This document shows, in pieces, positions 49,101-61,917 of a DNA stretch of 64,000 bases. The translations under genes and the position numbers were made by a program. The notes under the pieces were generated by a model. That model ran no database searches. It was not told where the DNA came from and was given only the letters and a program-made list of their open reading frames with translations. The first letter of the stretch is position 1. Each line of letters opens with the position of its first letter. The stretch is from Paraspadella gotoi. Its lineage: Eukaryota > Animalia > Chaetognatha. The stretch lies in contig CM119270.1 in the NCBI GenBank assembly GCA_051294375.1, forward strand, positions 14,146,179 to 14,210,178, given 5' to 3'.

Positions 49101-51583
49101 CGGGGAAATTGCGACGTGAGTTTTTTCCCCATACATTTAAAAAACTATAATTAATTATCATTAATTTTTAAAGATAATTTATTCTTCTTCTCTTGACCCC
49201 GCTAAAACATAACCTTTCTTTTTTCCATTGCTTCTTTTTTTTTCAGAACTGCGCTCGACCTTCGGGAACACATTCAACGCGTTAAAGTTCCCCATCTCCC
49301 GACGAAGAGTCTACAAATAAGAGTCGGAATCAACACCGGTCTATATTTAGAATATTTATTAATGATATATAATAATCACAATCAACTTCAATCTCGATAC
49401 AACAAACAGGCCCGGTTGTCGCTGGCGTCGTCGGAATCAAAATGCCTCGATATTGTTTGTTCGGTGACGCAGTCAACACGGCGGCGAGGATGGAGAGTCA
49501 CAGTCTGCCCAATCGGTCGGTGATAAATGTTATTATAAATGGCATTTATAACATTGATATTTTCTCTTACACTCATCTCAAAATTATAATTAAACGATCC
49601 CAGAATTTTTATCTTGACGAAAACACTGCTTGATAAAGGTTATTTAACCTTTCTGCTTCAAACTAACCTGTAAAATCGTTATTTAACCTTTTTTGGTTCA
49701 AACTAACCTGTAAAATCGTTATTTAACCTTTTTTGCTTCAAACTAACCTGTAAAATCGTTATTTAACCTTTTTTGCTTCAAACTGACCTGTAAAATCGTT
49801 ATTTAACTTTTTTGCTTCAAACTAACCCGTAAAATCGTTGCAGCATTCAGATTTCCGAGGCAACTTTTCACGCGCTGGAAAAACTGGGCGGATACATCAC
49901 CGAGCTGCGCGGGGAAATCGAGATCAAGGGTAGGGGCGACATGATCACCTACTGGCTGAAGGTAAGGTTTATACATTGCGTTCACGGTTAGCTGTTGCTT
50001 TATTTCGATTAATAATTATCGTACATAAATTAACTGTCACTCTCAGGGAAAGACTTTTCACGTGAGCAGCTTTAATAATCCTCACTCGGCTCCGATAGAG
50101 GAAGAGACTCCCCTCATGTTTCCGCAACTCAAACCGCAAAGTTAGTTGACGACATTTTAAAACATTTTAAAACAAAATAAATTTAAATATAACGAGATAC
50201 TTTGGAATATACCACCTTTTGCGGAACAGTAGGTACTTTCAGTCGTCCTACTGTGAAGTAATATAGACTTTCTTAAATATTAAAGAACAATGCTAAGACT
50301 ACTCGAAGAATAAAGTGTGGAAGTAGATTGCCGCGACTTGTTCACCGTTCCGTTGAACACAAGGTCCGGAACTTCGGATCGGGCAGTAGTTCGTCACTAC
50401 AGGTGGGTTAGACGCCCCGTCCCGCTTTTACTTGTGTAAAACAGCAAGGCGTGAACCCAAGTCCTATGACTTGGGAGGAACTCGCGCAACCTCCGTCGCC
50501 ATATGAAATATTAGCCTTACAAACGTAACATTTTCAATGAGTGAAAAAATCCAATCGTCACTGTAAGATTCTTTCTCTTTCTTTCTCAGAGAACAAGAAC
50601 ATCAAACCCAGAGTCAACCAAGAGGATCGTCCGCTTATGTTTCCCCAACTCATGCAGTCGGCCAGTGAGTATCGTCTTTTAGATATATTTTAATATTTCC
50701 CTTGTGGCGGTATATTCACACCGCCTCACGTCCACCATCCGTCAGCCAAATCCATTGGCTCAGAGGGGGAACACACCATCCCAGGCGTAGTGTTCCATCC
50801 ACAGTCCTAATGACTTCCCTCTGCGTTGGCAAAGCGAGACCGTCCTAGGGTAACCGCGCCAGTGACTGGAGGCGTCACTGAGGGTCGGAAGCCCCCAAAG
50901 CCAACAGTGAGATGCCCCATCCCAATGGGCATCACAGGCAACCCGGCTGTTGCCATACCCTCTCCCTTTTATAATACGAATATTTTCAGTAAATACGTAG
51001 ATTTAAAATTTATTTATTGATTGATTTATTTTTTAAAATTTAGTTTAATAGAGTAGAACATTGAACAAGTACTTTTTCAATTTCCATAAATAAAAATATC
51101 TTCACGACCAAAAAGACCTAAACGAACGAACAAACGGACGAACAAACGAACAAACAAACAAACAAACAAACAAATTCTTTGTTTTTTTTTTCCGCATTAT
51201 TCGTTTCCTTACGTTGCGCACCATCCTCCTTCAAGCCGACTTGTATCACAACGAAGGAGCCCCGGGTCAGATTCCGCCCCAGCCGCATCACCCATCGCAT
51301 CCGGTGCCCCCGACCCAGGCTCACCCCGGCTACTTCCCTCCTCCCGCCGCGGTTCATCAAGGTGGGAGGTCGTTCGGTGAGTAATCGGTAAATGACTTGG
51401 GGCTCGTTGGCAGTTGGTTAATATGTCACTGGTCGCTGGTCAGCCATTCGCGGTTTTTTAAAAAAAAATTACGTTTCACGTGACAGTTATCGCGTTTGCT
51501 TCCCGATTACAGAAGGCGTGTCGGTGATAACCAAATCTGGAGCGGTGCAAGGAATCCGTAACGCTATCGCTTCCTTGACCTGA
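42015..51583 (+). CDS. NIT-domain (nitrate/nitrite-sensing) membrane guanylyl cyclase, ~825 aa, 24 exons
   Basis: Exons 42015-42028, 42398-42434, 42617-42688, 42836-42976, 43145-43213, 43337-43429, 43511-43615 (TM1), 43800-43891 (IQYLGKERG), 44111-44255 ([12 protein letters not shown]), 44534-44668, 44872-45052 ([10 protein letters not shown]), 47868-48041 (WWYDNVT), 48152-48232, 48328-48452 (TM2), 48632-48764 ([18 protein letters not shown]), 48839-48991 ([14 protein letters not shown]), 49070-49115, 49247-49338, 49410-49515 ([19 protein letters not shown]), 49844-49961, 50047-50140, 50590-50664, 51236-51361, 51513-51583. Total 2478 nt in frame. GTP-specifying Glu and Cys are present. The outermost exons are less certain. 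Confidence 0.88.
45302..47430 (-). CDS. FAM78: FAM78 (FAM78A/B) homologue nested antisense in the NIT-GC intron 45053-47867; start exon unresolved
   Basis: Minus-strand exons 47430-47274, 47204-47103, 46993-46818, 46239-46146, 45975-45899, 45836-45794, 45718-45602 and 45478-45302 join in frame. Translation: [116 protein letters not shown]. This is colinear with FAM78A motifs (GWIQAC, GMSSWELP, SDSDG, RDQSF, NANDAQVLMWRP). Confidence 0.9.
49639..49843 (+). repeat. Intronic minisatellite, ~40-bp unit x5
   Basis: Unit gttatttaaccttttt(g)cttcaaactaacctgtaaaatc is repeated five times and runs into the acceptor at 49843. Confidence 0.9.
50290..50502 (-). mobile_element. Possible tRNA-derived SINE in a cyclase intron
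   Basis: Minus strand starts ggcgacggaggttgcgcgagttcCTCCCAAgtcataggacttGGGTTCAcgcc, with the same CTCCCAA loop and a B-box-like motif, followed by a GC-rich body in AT-rich intron. Confidence 0.35.
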
Positions 51584-52923
51584 TCGATATATGAATCAAC
51601 AGGAAAACTCAAGAATCGGATTTTAAACGAATTTTGGACTCGATTATGAAAAGTGAACTAAATTAAAAGTTCGCTCACGTTCGAACTTGAGTAGGAACTG
51701 GACTTTGAGTACAAAATAATATTTTTTTTTTTGCTTTGTTTATACAAAATGTAACGGATGATGTTTAAGTATAATATTTATTATTTATATAACTCGTGCT
51801 CAAAGTTCCTAACCATCTTGCTCGAACTATTCTCTGCCTTTTTTTTTTCTCTGATGGACATTTGTTTTTTTAGCTCAATGTTTGAACAGCAGGATCTCTA
51901 CGAAACGTCGAATAAAACTCAATTTACAACCAAAAGAGCATCGCTTACGTGAAAAATATCGGAATATGTATTGTTTATTTTAAAAAATCGTTGTCCGGAG
52001 AGCGAGGGGGAAATTCCGCAATCGGCCAAAAAAAAATATTGTTTTCACTCTCGTCATACTCAAAGTAGTTGCTTCCTTTTTGTTGGTTCCGTGTTTTCCA
52101 AGCTGATTAGTTTCCTCGTGAATCTTGTCGTAACGTTGTCGTAACGTCGTTACGTTGCGTCGTAACTTGTGATTTTGATCGTGATATATATTTACCGAAA
52201 TAGAAATTCCACATTGTAACTCTTTGACTCTTTGACTTTAATCTTAATTTAAAAAAATTGAGCAGTCTAATATGAATGATAATACAGTAATACTCGCTGT
52301 CTATTTTCGAACTAACGGTGATTAATTTGAAATCAATTAAAAGAATTGAAAAAACAATATTTTCATACTCATTTTTTTTTATTTATTAACTTTATTCAAG
52401 CAATACGATTGAAATAGTTTAGTCGGGAGATAACATGAGGATTAAGGAATTCTTTATTGATACCGAAGGAGTATAAAAAAATGTTAAAAGAATTATTTAA
52501 CCATCAGTACAAAGTATCAAGGAATACACATATTTTCTATAGCGGAACAAGAATATGAGAGCGCTTAATGAGAGAGCATCGTGTCACAAAAATCACTGAC
52601 AAAAAGTGAAAGAAAGTGAGGAGAGTAAAACTTAGGACGTGGAAAAACTTATGCTAACCTTAAGATATCATCGTCAACGAAGAGAAACAATTAGATATAC
52701 TGACAAGTACAATACTGTTGCCTTTTGGCGGTTTCCTGACAATCGCTCTGTCGACGACATACAGATTGACGTCACCGTTTCCATAGCGACAGCAACAACG
52801 CCGATGTTTACTAGGCGGTGACGTTGAGTCGGCCGCGACGCCGCTCGGGTCAAAGACGCCGCAGGCGACGTCGTTTGCGGCGCTCAGTCGAAAGCGCCAC
52901 TTCCGAGTCGCAGCGTAAATCTT

Positions 52924-53058
<135 letters not shown>

Positions 53059-53420
53059 AGTCTTGTAAATCGAGTCTTGGAGTGAGGGGAAGAGAGGGTG
53101 AAGGAATATAAAGAGGATGCAATAGGGAGACGAAGAGAGCGAATGAGATGAAAGAGTCAGAGACAGATTCAGTGATAGAGAGATCGAGACATTTTTAGAG
53201 ATAATAATACACTAAACAGTTTTTCGAAAGAATTTTTTTGTTGACATCTTTTTCAAAATTGAATTTAACTTTGAAGAACGTGAGACAGAAAAAAAACACA
53301 AAAAAACCATGCCATCGTGCTTTGTCATGAAAAGGTTAGAAACAAACAGTTATGAATAATCGAAAAAGAATCAATAACAACGAATGTTAAACTGATATCA
53401 CCATATATATTACTAAGATT

Positions 53421-54899
53421 TCAGTTTCCTTCTCTCCCTTCGATCGCCGCCACTCCTCTCGTCAGCGCAGCAGCGCTTTCCTTCCCGTCTGCACCGAGCA
53501 GCCCATGCGCAGCCGGCGAGGCGCACTTGAAGGGACAAAAGGCGCAGCCCGTCAAGGATTCGAACCCGGGACCCAAGACGGCCGCAGCCGTGGCCGCCGT
53601 GGCCGCCGTGTTCTTGTTCTCTCCCACGCAGCCCAAGGAGAACGGAGCAGCGGATGCCGCCGCCGCCAGTAGCCCCTGCGGCGGCGAAAGCGCCACCGCG
53701 TCGAAAGGCGCGGCTGCGGCGCCAGCCGGCGCTCCCGGCGGCGTCATCGGCGGATAGAGATGGTTGAGTTTGGCGGGGAAGCCGAAAGGCGGCGGCAGCG
53801 GCGGCGGCGTCGATTTGGCGGCGTTGATGGCTCGGACGTTGGAAGCGGCGGCGAGGTGCGCCGACAACGCCGCCAGATAGGACGACTGCGAGGCGGCGGC
53901 GGGGTAGCGATGATGCGGCGGCTGCTGTTGCTGCTGCTGGTAATGATGGTACAGCGCCGCCGTTGGAGAATCTAGTCGTAAATTGGCAATGGGAGAAAAG
54001 GCGGACTTGGCGCCAAACGAGAAGGCGGCGTTGGAAGCGGAGGCGACGGCGTTGTGAGGAGAGGCGCCGTGAGAGCCGGGTTGTTGAGGCGCGCAGTTTC
54101 CGGGAGGTGAGGGTAGACCGACGTCGAGATTCTGTGAATTGTGAGAAAATAATTAAAATTTGGATTTGAATAGTAGATACTTTTTTTTATTAACTTTGAT
54201 ATTTTCAAACTATTGTAGTTTAAAACTTTAAATATATATATATATAAATAATAATCACGATTTTTAAATTAGTATTAGATTTAATTTTGAATCGAGGGAA
54301 TTTACCAGACGGACTGATATAGAGATCGATTTAGGGACAAACAAACATATAGACATTAGTCAAGCAGACCCCACTGTACCTGTCCTCTTGTTGAACGCCA
54401 TTCTCCAGTTCCGGCCATCGATGTCGTCGCCGACGTCGTCATCGCCGTCGTCGTCGTCATCGTCGTTGTCTTCCAACTTCCGGCGGCCAACGCCTCGATC
54501 GCCGTCACGACGTCGCCGCCAAAGTCGTCGAGTATCGATTCCAGCGCCGCCGACTGCAAATGAGGGAAGAGGCGACTCAGCAGATCCAGAGGGCGACGCC
54601 TGGCGGGGTCGGCCCGGCTCGGCGGCGGCTGGCGCGGCGACGGTCGCGCCCTCTTCGCTTCGCGCGGCAGTGTCAGGTTCTTGGGTTCGTCCAACGGAGA
54701 CGACGTCGCCAAGGAACGGGACGTCTCGTCGTCGTTGTTGTTGTCGTCGTTGTCGTCGAAGCGGCGATCGTCGTCGTTTTTCGTCGTCGTCGTTGTTGTT
54801 GTTGTCTTTTCAGCCTCCGTCGGTGAAGGGGATGAGTCTACGGAGAGAGAATTAGAGTCTGTGGATCTGGGACGATTGTTCGCTTCGTCGTCGTCTTCA

Positions 54900-54930
<31 letters not shown>

Positions 54931-55119
54931 CCCGTCGCGATCGCGTCGCTACTTCCTCGGGTTTTAGGGATTCCGCGACGCCGTGGTCTCCGGCGGCGGC
55001 GCTATCGGCGCCGTTTCTCTCGGCGGCGTCGACGCGATCTTTCAGCGCCAAATCGACCGGAAGTTCGAGACGCATCGGGTAGTCGGCGTCGTTGTCGACG
55101 TCGGCGAAGGGAGATGGCG
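53421..55119 (-). CDS. Dmrt (doublesex/mab-3-related) transcription factor of the DMA-domain class (DmrtA/93B/99B-like), last two exons
   Basis: Exons 55119-54380 and 54131-53421 join in phase 0. DMA domain RRPLDLLSRLFPHLQSAALESILDDFGGDVVTAIEAL; conserved KSAFSPI motif; C-terminal CAFCPFKC. The DM zinc-binding exon is not seen (probably beyond the window or in an N-gap). Confidence 0.8.
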
Positions 55120-55530
55120 CTGGTGGGGGTCGGGGTGGATGTGATAAAAATAATTTTAAAAACTCTATTTAAAAAAAATATTACGTGATTTAAAATATTT
55201 TTGAAATAAAAAGAATTTGGTATTCAAAAATAACTAAATGAGAGGGAGAGAATGTCTAAGAATATAGAGCTACATTTCTAATATTACCAAACAACAAAAT
55301 CTTTAAAATCAGTGAAGAAAACTAGTTCGTCTAAAATGTGAATGCATAAGGAAACAAGTTGTAAGCTCTCATTGAAACTCAACAATGATTTTTTTTCTCT
55401 CCTTATGGCCATTGGCCATTGGCCATAAAGAGAGGCCAATACTTTCGAAGGAGAAAATACTCATCGTCACTGAAACGGAAAACGCGGCTGCTCAAAGCGA
55501 CATTGTATTCAACGTAGTTGGTAACAAAGA

Positions 55531-55657
<127 letters not shown>

Positions 55658-56281
55658 CAATATTTCCCCTTTTAACGAGAATCGCAGGTGAAAACAGAGA
55701 TAAATCATCTCTTCCTCTTTTGTGTCTCGGCTCCATTTATTTCAGTTTCCTTCACCCGAAGCGTCGAGAATAACAAAAAAACGGTTGCCAAGGCGACGAG
55801 CGCGGTGGCGGCGACGATGACGACGACGAAGACGATGTCGACGATGGCAGACAACGACGAGAGAAAAAGCTGAAGATCTTAATGACGCGCGAAATCGCAA
55901 AAACGTGCTATAGTATAGTATTTTTTTTTCCAAATTCTAAAGTAGAGGCTATCTATATTAAAAATTAACTCTCGTAGTTCCTCTAAGTAAGATATTTCAA
56001 GTATATTAAACGTATATCTCGGATTTAGTTTTTAGAATATTCAAACGACAATGGTGATAAGCATATGGGTAAAGATAAGCTTGTGTGAGAAGAAAATGGA
56101 TGACGTCGAGAGAACGTACGACGAAAAAGACGAAAACAGCGACGACAAATAAAAAAACCGTCTCTATGGAAACGGAACATAAAAAACGCGTTTCTATGAG
56201 CGCAAAGTCGCTTCCCCTCTCTCTCTCTCTCTCTCCTCTGCTCCTTCTTCTCTTCTCCTCTCTCTCTCTCTCTCCTCTCTC

Positions 56282-56319
<38 letters not shown>

Positions 56320-57251
56320 CAAGCTCATTTTTTTGACAGGAAAGGGAGGGAGGAAGTTAGAAAGCAAACAAAGAGAGTAAAGAAAAAAAACTTCTTAAAA
56401 CAATCAACTGCCACTCATTTTTTGTACTTCACTCGTATTTATTTCGCGCTTTTCGACGTCATCATGGTCGTCGTCGTCGTCATCGTCGTCGTCGTGAACA
56501 TCGCTATCACCGTCATCGTTGTCTCCATTGTCAATGTTTTCATTCCCGTCGCGGTCACTGACCTCGTTATTCGGAACAATATTTGGAATTCTTTCAGTTT
56601 AATTCTGTCATGCTTTTCGTTCGAACAGTTTATTACTAATAGTCTTCTAATCAGGACTAATTTTAAATTGAATTTTAATCTTGCTTGTAGTAGCTCTCCT
56701 CTTTGCCTTATTTAAATATGCCTTTTTCCCTTTGCCATCCTGAACATTTTTCAACATGAAATAAAGTTGAATACTTTTTTTACATTTTGAACATATTCAG
56801 AATAGTATTTTAAAATTTCTAAATCCACTCAGTGACGTTTTTTTTTTGCAAATACATCGATTGATTTGACTTACCGTATTTTTTTCAATAGAAGGAATAA
56901 CAGATATCAATGGACGCGGAATAAAAAGACTCGAATTTTTCATTTCTTTTTTTTTTTCCTTTTCGCCTCGACGGCAACGCGTCGCCGCCTGCACCCGTTC
57001 CACGCCTACACGCGCCCGAGCCCACGGTTTCCGCCAGTCGCACGCAGCGCCTCTCTCGGCCATTTCTACGACCGTTTGCGGAAAACGCGCTTCAATATCA
57101 TCGTAACGACAACAGTTTTAGAACATCCATAACTTTTGGCGTCAGGCCATTTAGCGCTTCCCCTTTTTTAAAGCCGTTTGGAGGGAGGAGACTCCCCTCT
57201 TCCCGGTTTCTTTTCTTCTTCTTCCCGATTTTTCTTTTTCAGATTGCGTTT

Positions 57252-57286
<35 letters not shown>

Positions 57287-58023
57287 ATTCTCTTTCTTTC
57301 TTTCTTTTTCTTTCTTTCTTTCTCTTTATTCAAATTGCTTGTCTTCTCATTCTTTCCTTAATTTCCGTCATTTCTTGCGTCCTTCTTCTTCCTTCCTTCC
57401 TTCCTTCCTTCTTCCTTCCTTCCTCTCCCTTCCTTCCTTCCTTCCTCTCCTCTTCCTTCCTATTTTCCTTTCCTCCTCCCCTTTTTTTTAAACCTACTTT
57501 CTTTTCCTCTCTTTTTTTTCTTTTTTCCACCCTTTCACACTCCTTTCTTTCTCACTTACGACCGTACAATTCTTACCCACTTTCATATCCCTCACCCACA
57601 AACATCTCCTTTCCTCCTTTCCTCCTCTTCCTCCTCCTCTCTTCCTCCTCCTCCTCCTCTCCTCCTCCTCCTCCTCCTCCTCTTCCTTCGTTAACAACCC
57701 CGTCGTTCCCTCAAACGCGCGCGAAAACTGCAATGAGCAGTTTATCCTTCTTCCCTTTCGATAATTGTTCCGGCGAGGGTTCTTGTTATTCGTTTTTGTT
57801 CCCTTATTTTCCCCGCCTTTTTGTATGATGGGAGGCCATTTTAGCCACGAGCGCGGCGCGGGGGATGGGGGGGAAGGTTTTAGTTCCCGGGGAAGGGTGC
57901 GGGATAAGAGGGATTGGACGGCCAAGAGAGAGAGAGAGGAGAGAGAGAGACGAGAGAGAGAGAGAGAGAGAGAAGAGAGAGAGAAGAGAAGAGAGAGAGA
58001 GAGAGAGAGAGACGAGAGAGAAT

Positions 58024-58059
<36 letters not shown>

Positions 58060-58544
58060 GAGAGAAATACTGTTGTTCATCTGTCTATTTCCGTCGAGAG
58101 AGAATGATTTCTTGTTGGCCGCCCCGCTGCGCCGCCGAGCGGGTGAATAATGGTTCGAGAGGGGGAGGAGGAGGAAAGAAAGAGGATAGGAGGGAAGGAA
58201 AGAGAGGGAGGAACGCGAAGTATTTAGAGGAAGAAGTGGGAGAAAGGGGAAGAAGTTTAAAGTAGGAGGAGGTAAAGTATTAAATTGAATTTGTAGTTTT
58301 TTTGTAAGAAAACAAATAAGGAACTTATGATGTAAAAAAATAAACAAAACAAAAATAGAGCAGAGATTGTAAGGAATAAAAATAGAAAATAGGAAACTTA
58401 TAAAAGGAAAAGTGTTGTTTCATGTAAACATCATATAGTAAGGAACAAAAGAACCCCTTCCAAAAAGCGATAGAGATAGAGAGAAATGGTGTGAAGAATC
58501 TGTGTGTGTGAGAGAGAGAGAGAGAGGAAGAGAGAGAGAGAGAG

Positions 58545-58596
<52 letters not shown>

Positions 58597-59806
58597 ACAT
58601 TTGGACAAGAAGGACACAAAAAGTTGGATCGGAAGAAAGAAAATATTTGTTATTGTTATGTCCTCAATCGAGATGCAAAATGGGCGAGCGGAGAATGTTT
58701 TGGCCGAAAAAGAAGAAAAGAGAAAAAAGAGTTGGCATAAAATGTGACGAGAAAAAGAGATTTCTTTTTTTTTCTTTTAGAAAGAAAAAAAAGTCTTTTG
58801 TTTTCGATCTTTTGTCTCAAGAATTTTTTTTCTCGTGGGTGAGGAATTAATTAGAGAATTGGAAAAAGAAAAGTTTCAAAAGTTTCGAAAAAAATATTCG
58901 CTNNNNNNNNNNNNNNNNNNNNNNNNNGAGAGAAATACTGTTGTTCATCTGTTCATTTCCGTCGAGAGAGAATGATTCTTGTTGGGCCGCCCGCTGCGCC
59001 GCCGAGCGGGAAATAATGGTTCGGGAGGGGGAGGAGGAGGAAGAGAAGAGGAGGAGGAGGGGAGGAGAAGAGAGGGAGGAACGCGAAGTATTTAGAGGAA
59101 AAGTGGAAAGGGGAAGAATTTAAAGTAGGAGGTGAGGTAAAGTATTAAAATTGAATTTGTAGTTTTTTTGTAAGAAAACAAATAAGGAACTTATGATGTA
59201 AAAAATAAACAAAACAAAAATAGAGCAGAGATTGTAAGGATTAAAATAGAAAATAGGAAACTTATAAAAAGGAAAAGGTTGTTTCATGTAAACATCATAN
59301 NNNNNNNNNNNNNNNNNNNNNNNNNNNNNNNNNNNNNNNNNNNNNNNNNNNNNNNNNNNNNNNNNNNNNNNNNNNNNNNNNNNNNNNNNNNNNNNNNNNN
59401 NNNNNNNNNNNNNNNNNNNNNNNNNNNNNNNNNNNNNNNNNNNNNNNNNNNNNNNNNNNNNNNNNNNNNNNNNNNNNNNNNNNGAGAGAGAGAGAGAGAG
59501 AGAGAGAGACATTTGGACAAGAAGGACACAAAAAGTTGGATCGGAGAAAGAAATATTTGTTATTTGTTATTGTCCTCAATCGAGATGCAAATGGGAGCGG
59601 AGATGTTTTGGCCGAAAAAGAAGAAAAGAAAAAAAGAGTTGGATAAAATGTGACGAGAAAAAGAGATTTCTTTTTTTTTCTTTTAGAAAGAAAAAAAAGT
59701 CTTTTGTTTTCAATCTTTTTGTCTCAAGAATTTTTTTTCTCGTGGGTGAGAATTAATAGAGAAATTGGAAAAAGAAAAGTTTCAAAGTTTCGAAAAAATA
59801 TTCGCT
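58060..59806. repeat. ~850-bp duplication flanking a short N-gap; probably overlapping contig ends
   Basis: 58060-58902 is repeated at 58928-59806 with indel-type differences. Confidence 0.8.
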
Positions 59807-60099
59807 TTTGTTTTCGTCATTAATTATTCATTTAAAAAAAAAAAATAAAGAAACTGAGTTTCAAAGATGGAAAAAATTATTCTCAAATTTAAAATGAAAC
59901 TTGAAAGGCATATTTTTCGCGGCAAAGACTTTTTTTTTCGGTCTGAGCCTGAGTGAATCGTACATCGAACTTACAAACATTTGGTTGAAGTAAATATTAT
60001 ATTTTAAAGTATAAAACTTGAAAAAGTTTTTTAAGTTCGCTTTCTTCATCCTCAAGGCGTCTATCTGTCACCTGATGACAATCTCCGACTTTTATTCTC

Positions 60100-60151
60100 C
60101 TGCAAAATTGTCTGCGGTCCAGACTGCAAAATTGTCTGCGGTCCAGACTGC
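60100..60151. repeat. 24-bp perfect tandem duplication
   Basis: ctgcaaaattgtctgcggtccaga x2. Confidence 0.8.
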
Positions 60152-61879
60152 GTGAACTCGAAGTCGGCAACGCGACAGACGCTGTTGACAAAAGGCGACG
60201 CGAAATTAAGTGTCCGCGTTGACTCAAGACCTCATACGTCGCAANNNNNNNNNNNNNNNNNNNNNNNNNNNNNNNNNNNNNNNNNNNNNNNNNNNNNNNN
60301 NNNNNNNNNNNNNNNNNNNNNNNNNNNNNNNNNNNNNNNNNNNNNNNNNNNNNNNNNNNNNNNNNNNNNNNNNNNNNNNNNNNNNNNNNNNNNNNNNNNN
60401 NNNNNNNNNNNNNNNNNNNNNNNNNNNNNNNNNNNNNNNNNNNNNNNNNNNNNNNNNNNNNNNNNNNNNNNNNNNNNNNNNNNNNNNNNNNNNNNNNNNN
60501 NNNNNNNNNNNNNNNNNNNNNNNNNNNNNNNNNNNNNNNNNNNNNNNNNNNNNNNNNNNNNNNTCTCTCTCTTCACGAATCTCGCTCCCTTCTCCGTCGT
60601 TGACCACACGCGGAGTCATCACTATAATCGCGACACAATGAGAAACAACGACGACACAAAATTCGTCTCCACATTTAGTTTCAAAATTTGGAGGGACGAT
60701 ATTTCTTTTTATCGCTTGATATCAAATAGTTTTAGGGTTAGCTGAATTCTTTTGTAGTAATAACTGCCCGATTTATTTTAAAAAGTCTTTATTGTTTTAT
60801 GTTTAAAAATCAGGACGGCGACGACTTGGCAACCTTTATTTTATCGAGGAACTACAGTACTTCTTTCAACCCTACCGCCGCTCCCTTTCCTCTGCCTCTC
60901 TCTCCTTTGCCTCCTTTGTATTCTGATGTTTTTGATTTAAGTCCGATTAATCATAATCAGCGTAAACTAGTCCGTTTCGTCATTCAGCGTTAATGATTTA
61001 AGTCCCTTTTGACTTGGTTCTCTTTATTTCATAATCGTAAACATCATCCCCCTTTTTAAAGAACCTTGAAATTACAACATTTTAAAAAAACAAAACAAAA
61101 ACAAATCATTAAACAAATATTTTGCTTAACCCAAACATACACATCTCTATAAAGTTTACTGAATGGTTTATAAAAAGATCTTTCTCCCAGTTTTCTCGGG
61201 AAAGCATAATTTAAAAAAAAATCAACTTAATTTTTTAAATCTTCCTCAACCTTTTTTTCAACTCCCATCCTCTTATCCTCACCTTAAAACCTTTTATCCT
61301 CCGCTCCTACCTCACCCCACCCCCACCCACCCTTACCCCACACCTCCCCTTCCTCGTCGGGCGACTGACATCAAATTATCATGACAAAACTGTTATTCAG
61401 ACTCCATTTCCCTCTTCGCCTTTTCAAATCCTTCTTCGCCGCCGCTGCTGCTGCAGGCTTGGGTGCTGAAGCGTTCTCCCGCCGCCGCTGCTTTTTCGAG
61501 CGGCGGCGTTTGGGGTGAAAGTCGGACGTCGAAGGAATTTAATCTTTATTTTTTGCTTAAGAAACACAAGTAACTTTAAAGTTTGGGCTTTCAAATTCGA
61601 TTCTGTATATTCCTTTTTTTTTCTGTCAAAAATGTCAAGTTTTTGTCGAAAAAATGAAACTTGAAAATCCAACTCAGATGGTGTATAACTCAGATATAGA
61701 ATTCGAAGATCAAGTTAATATACAATTTTTCTTTGAAAGTTAGCCGAACGCGCTTTCGAGCTCAGGACGAGTGAAAGGCACAGGTCATGTCATGTCATGT
61801 CCCTGATTTTCGATTTAGGTTTTTGATTCTGTTTTTATTGTTTGTTCCATCGTCATCGTCAGCATCATCAAATTTCGGA

Positions 61880-61917
<38 letters not shown>

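Noticed and set aside
49639-49843. CRISPR-like array
   Set aside because: Head-to-tail units with no unique spacers, inside a eukaryotic intron, with no cas genes.
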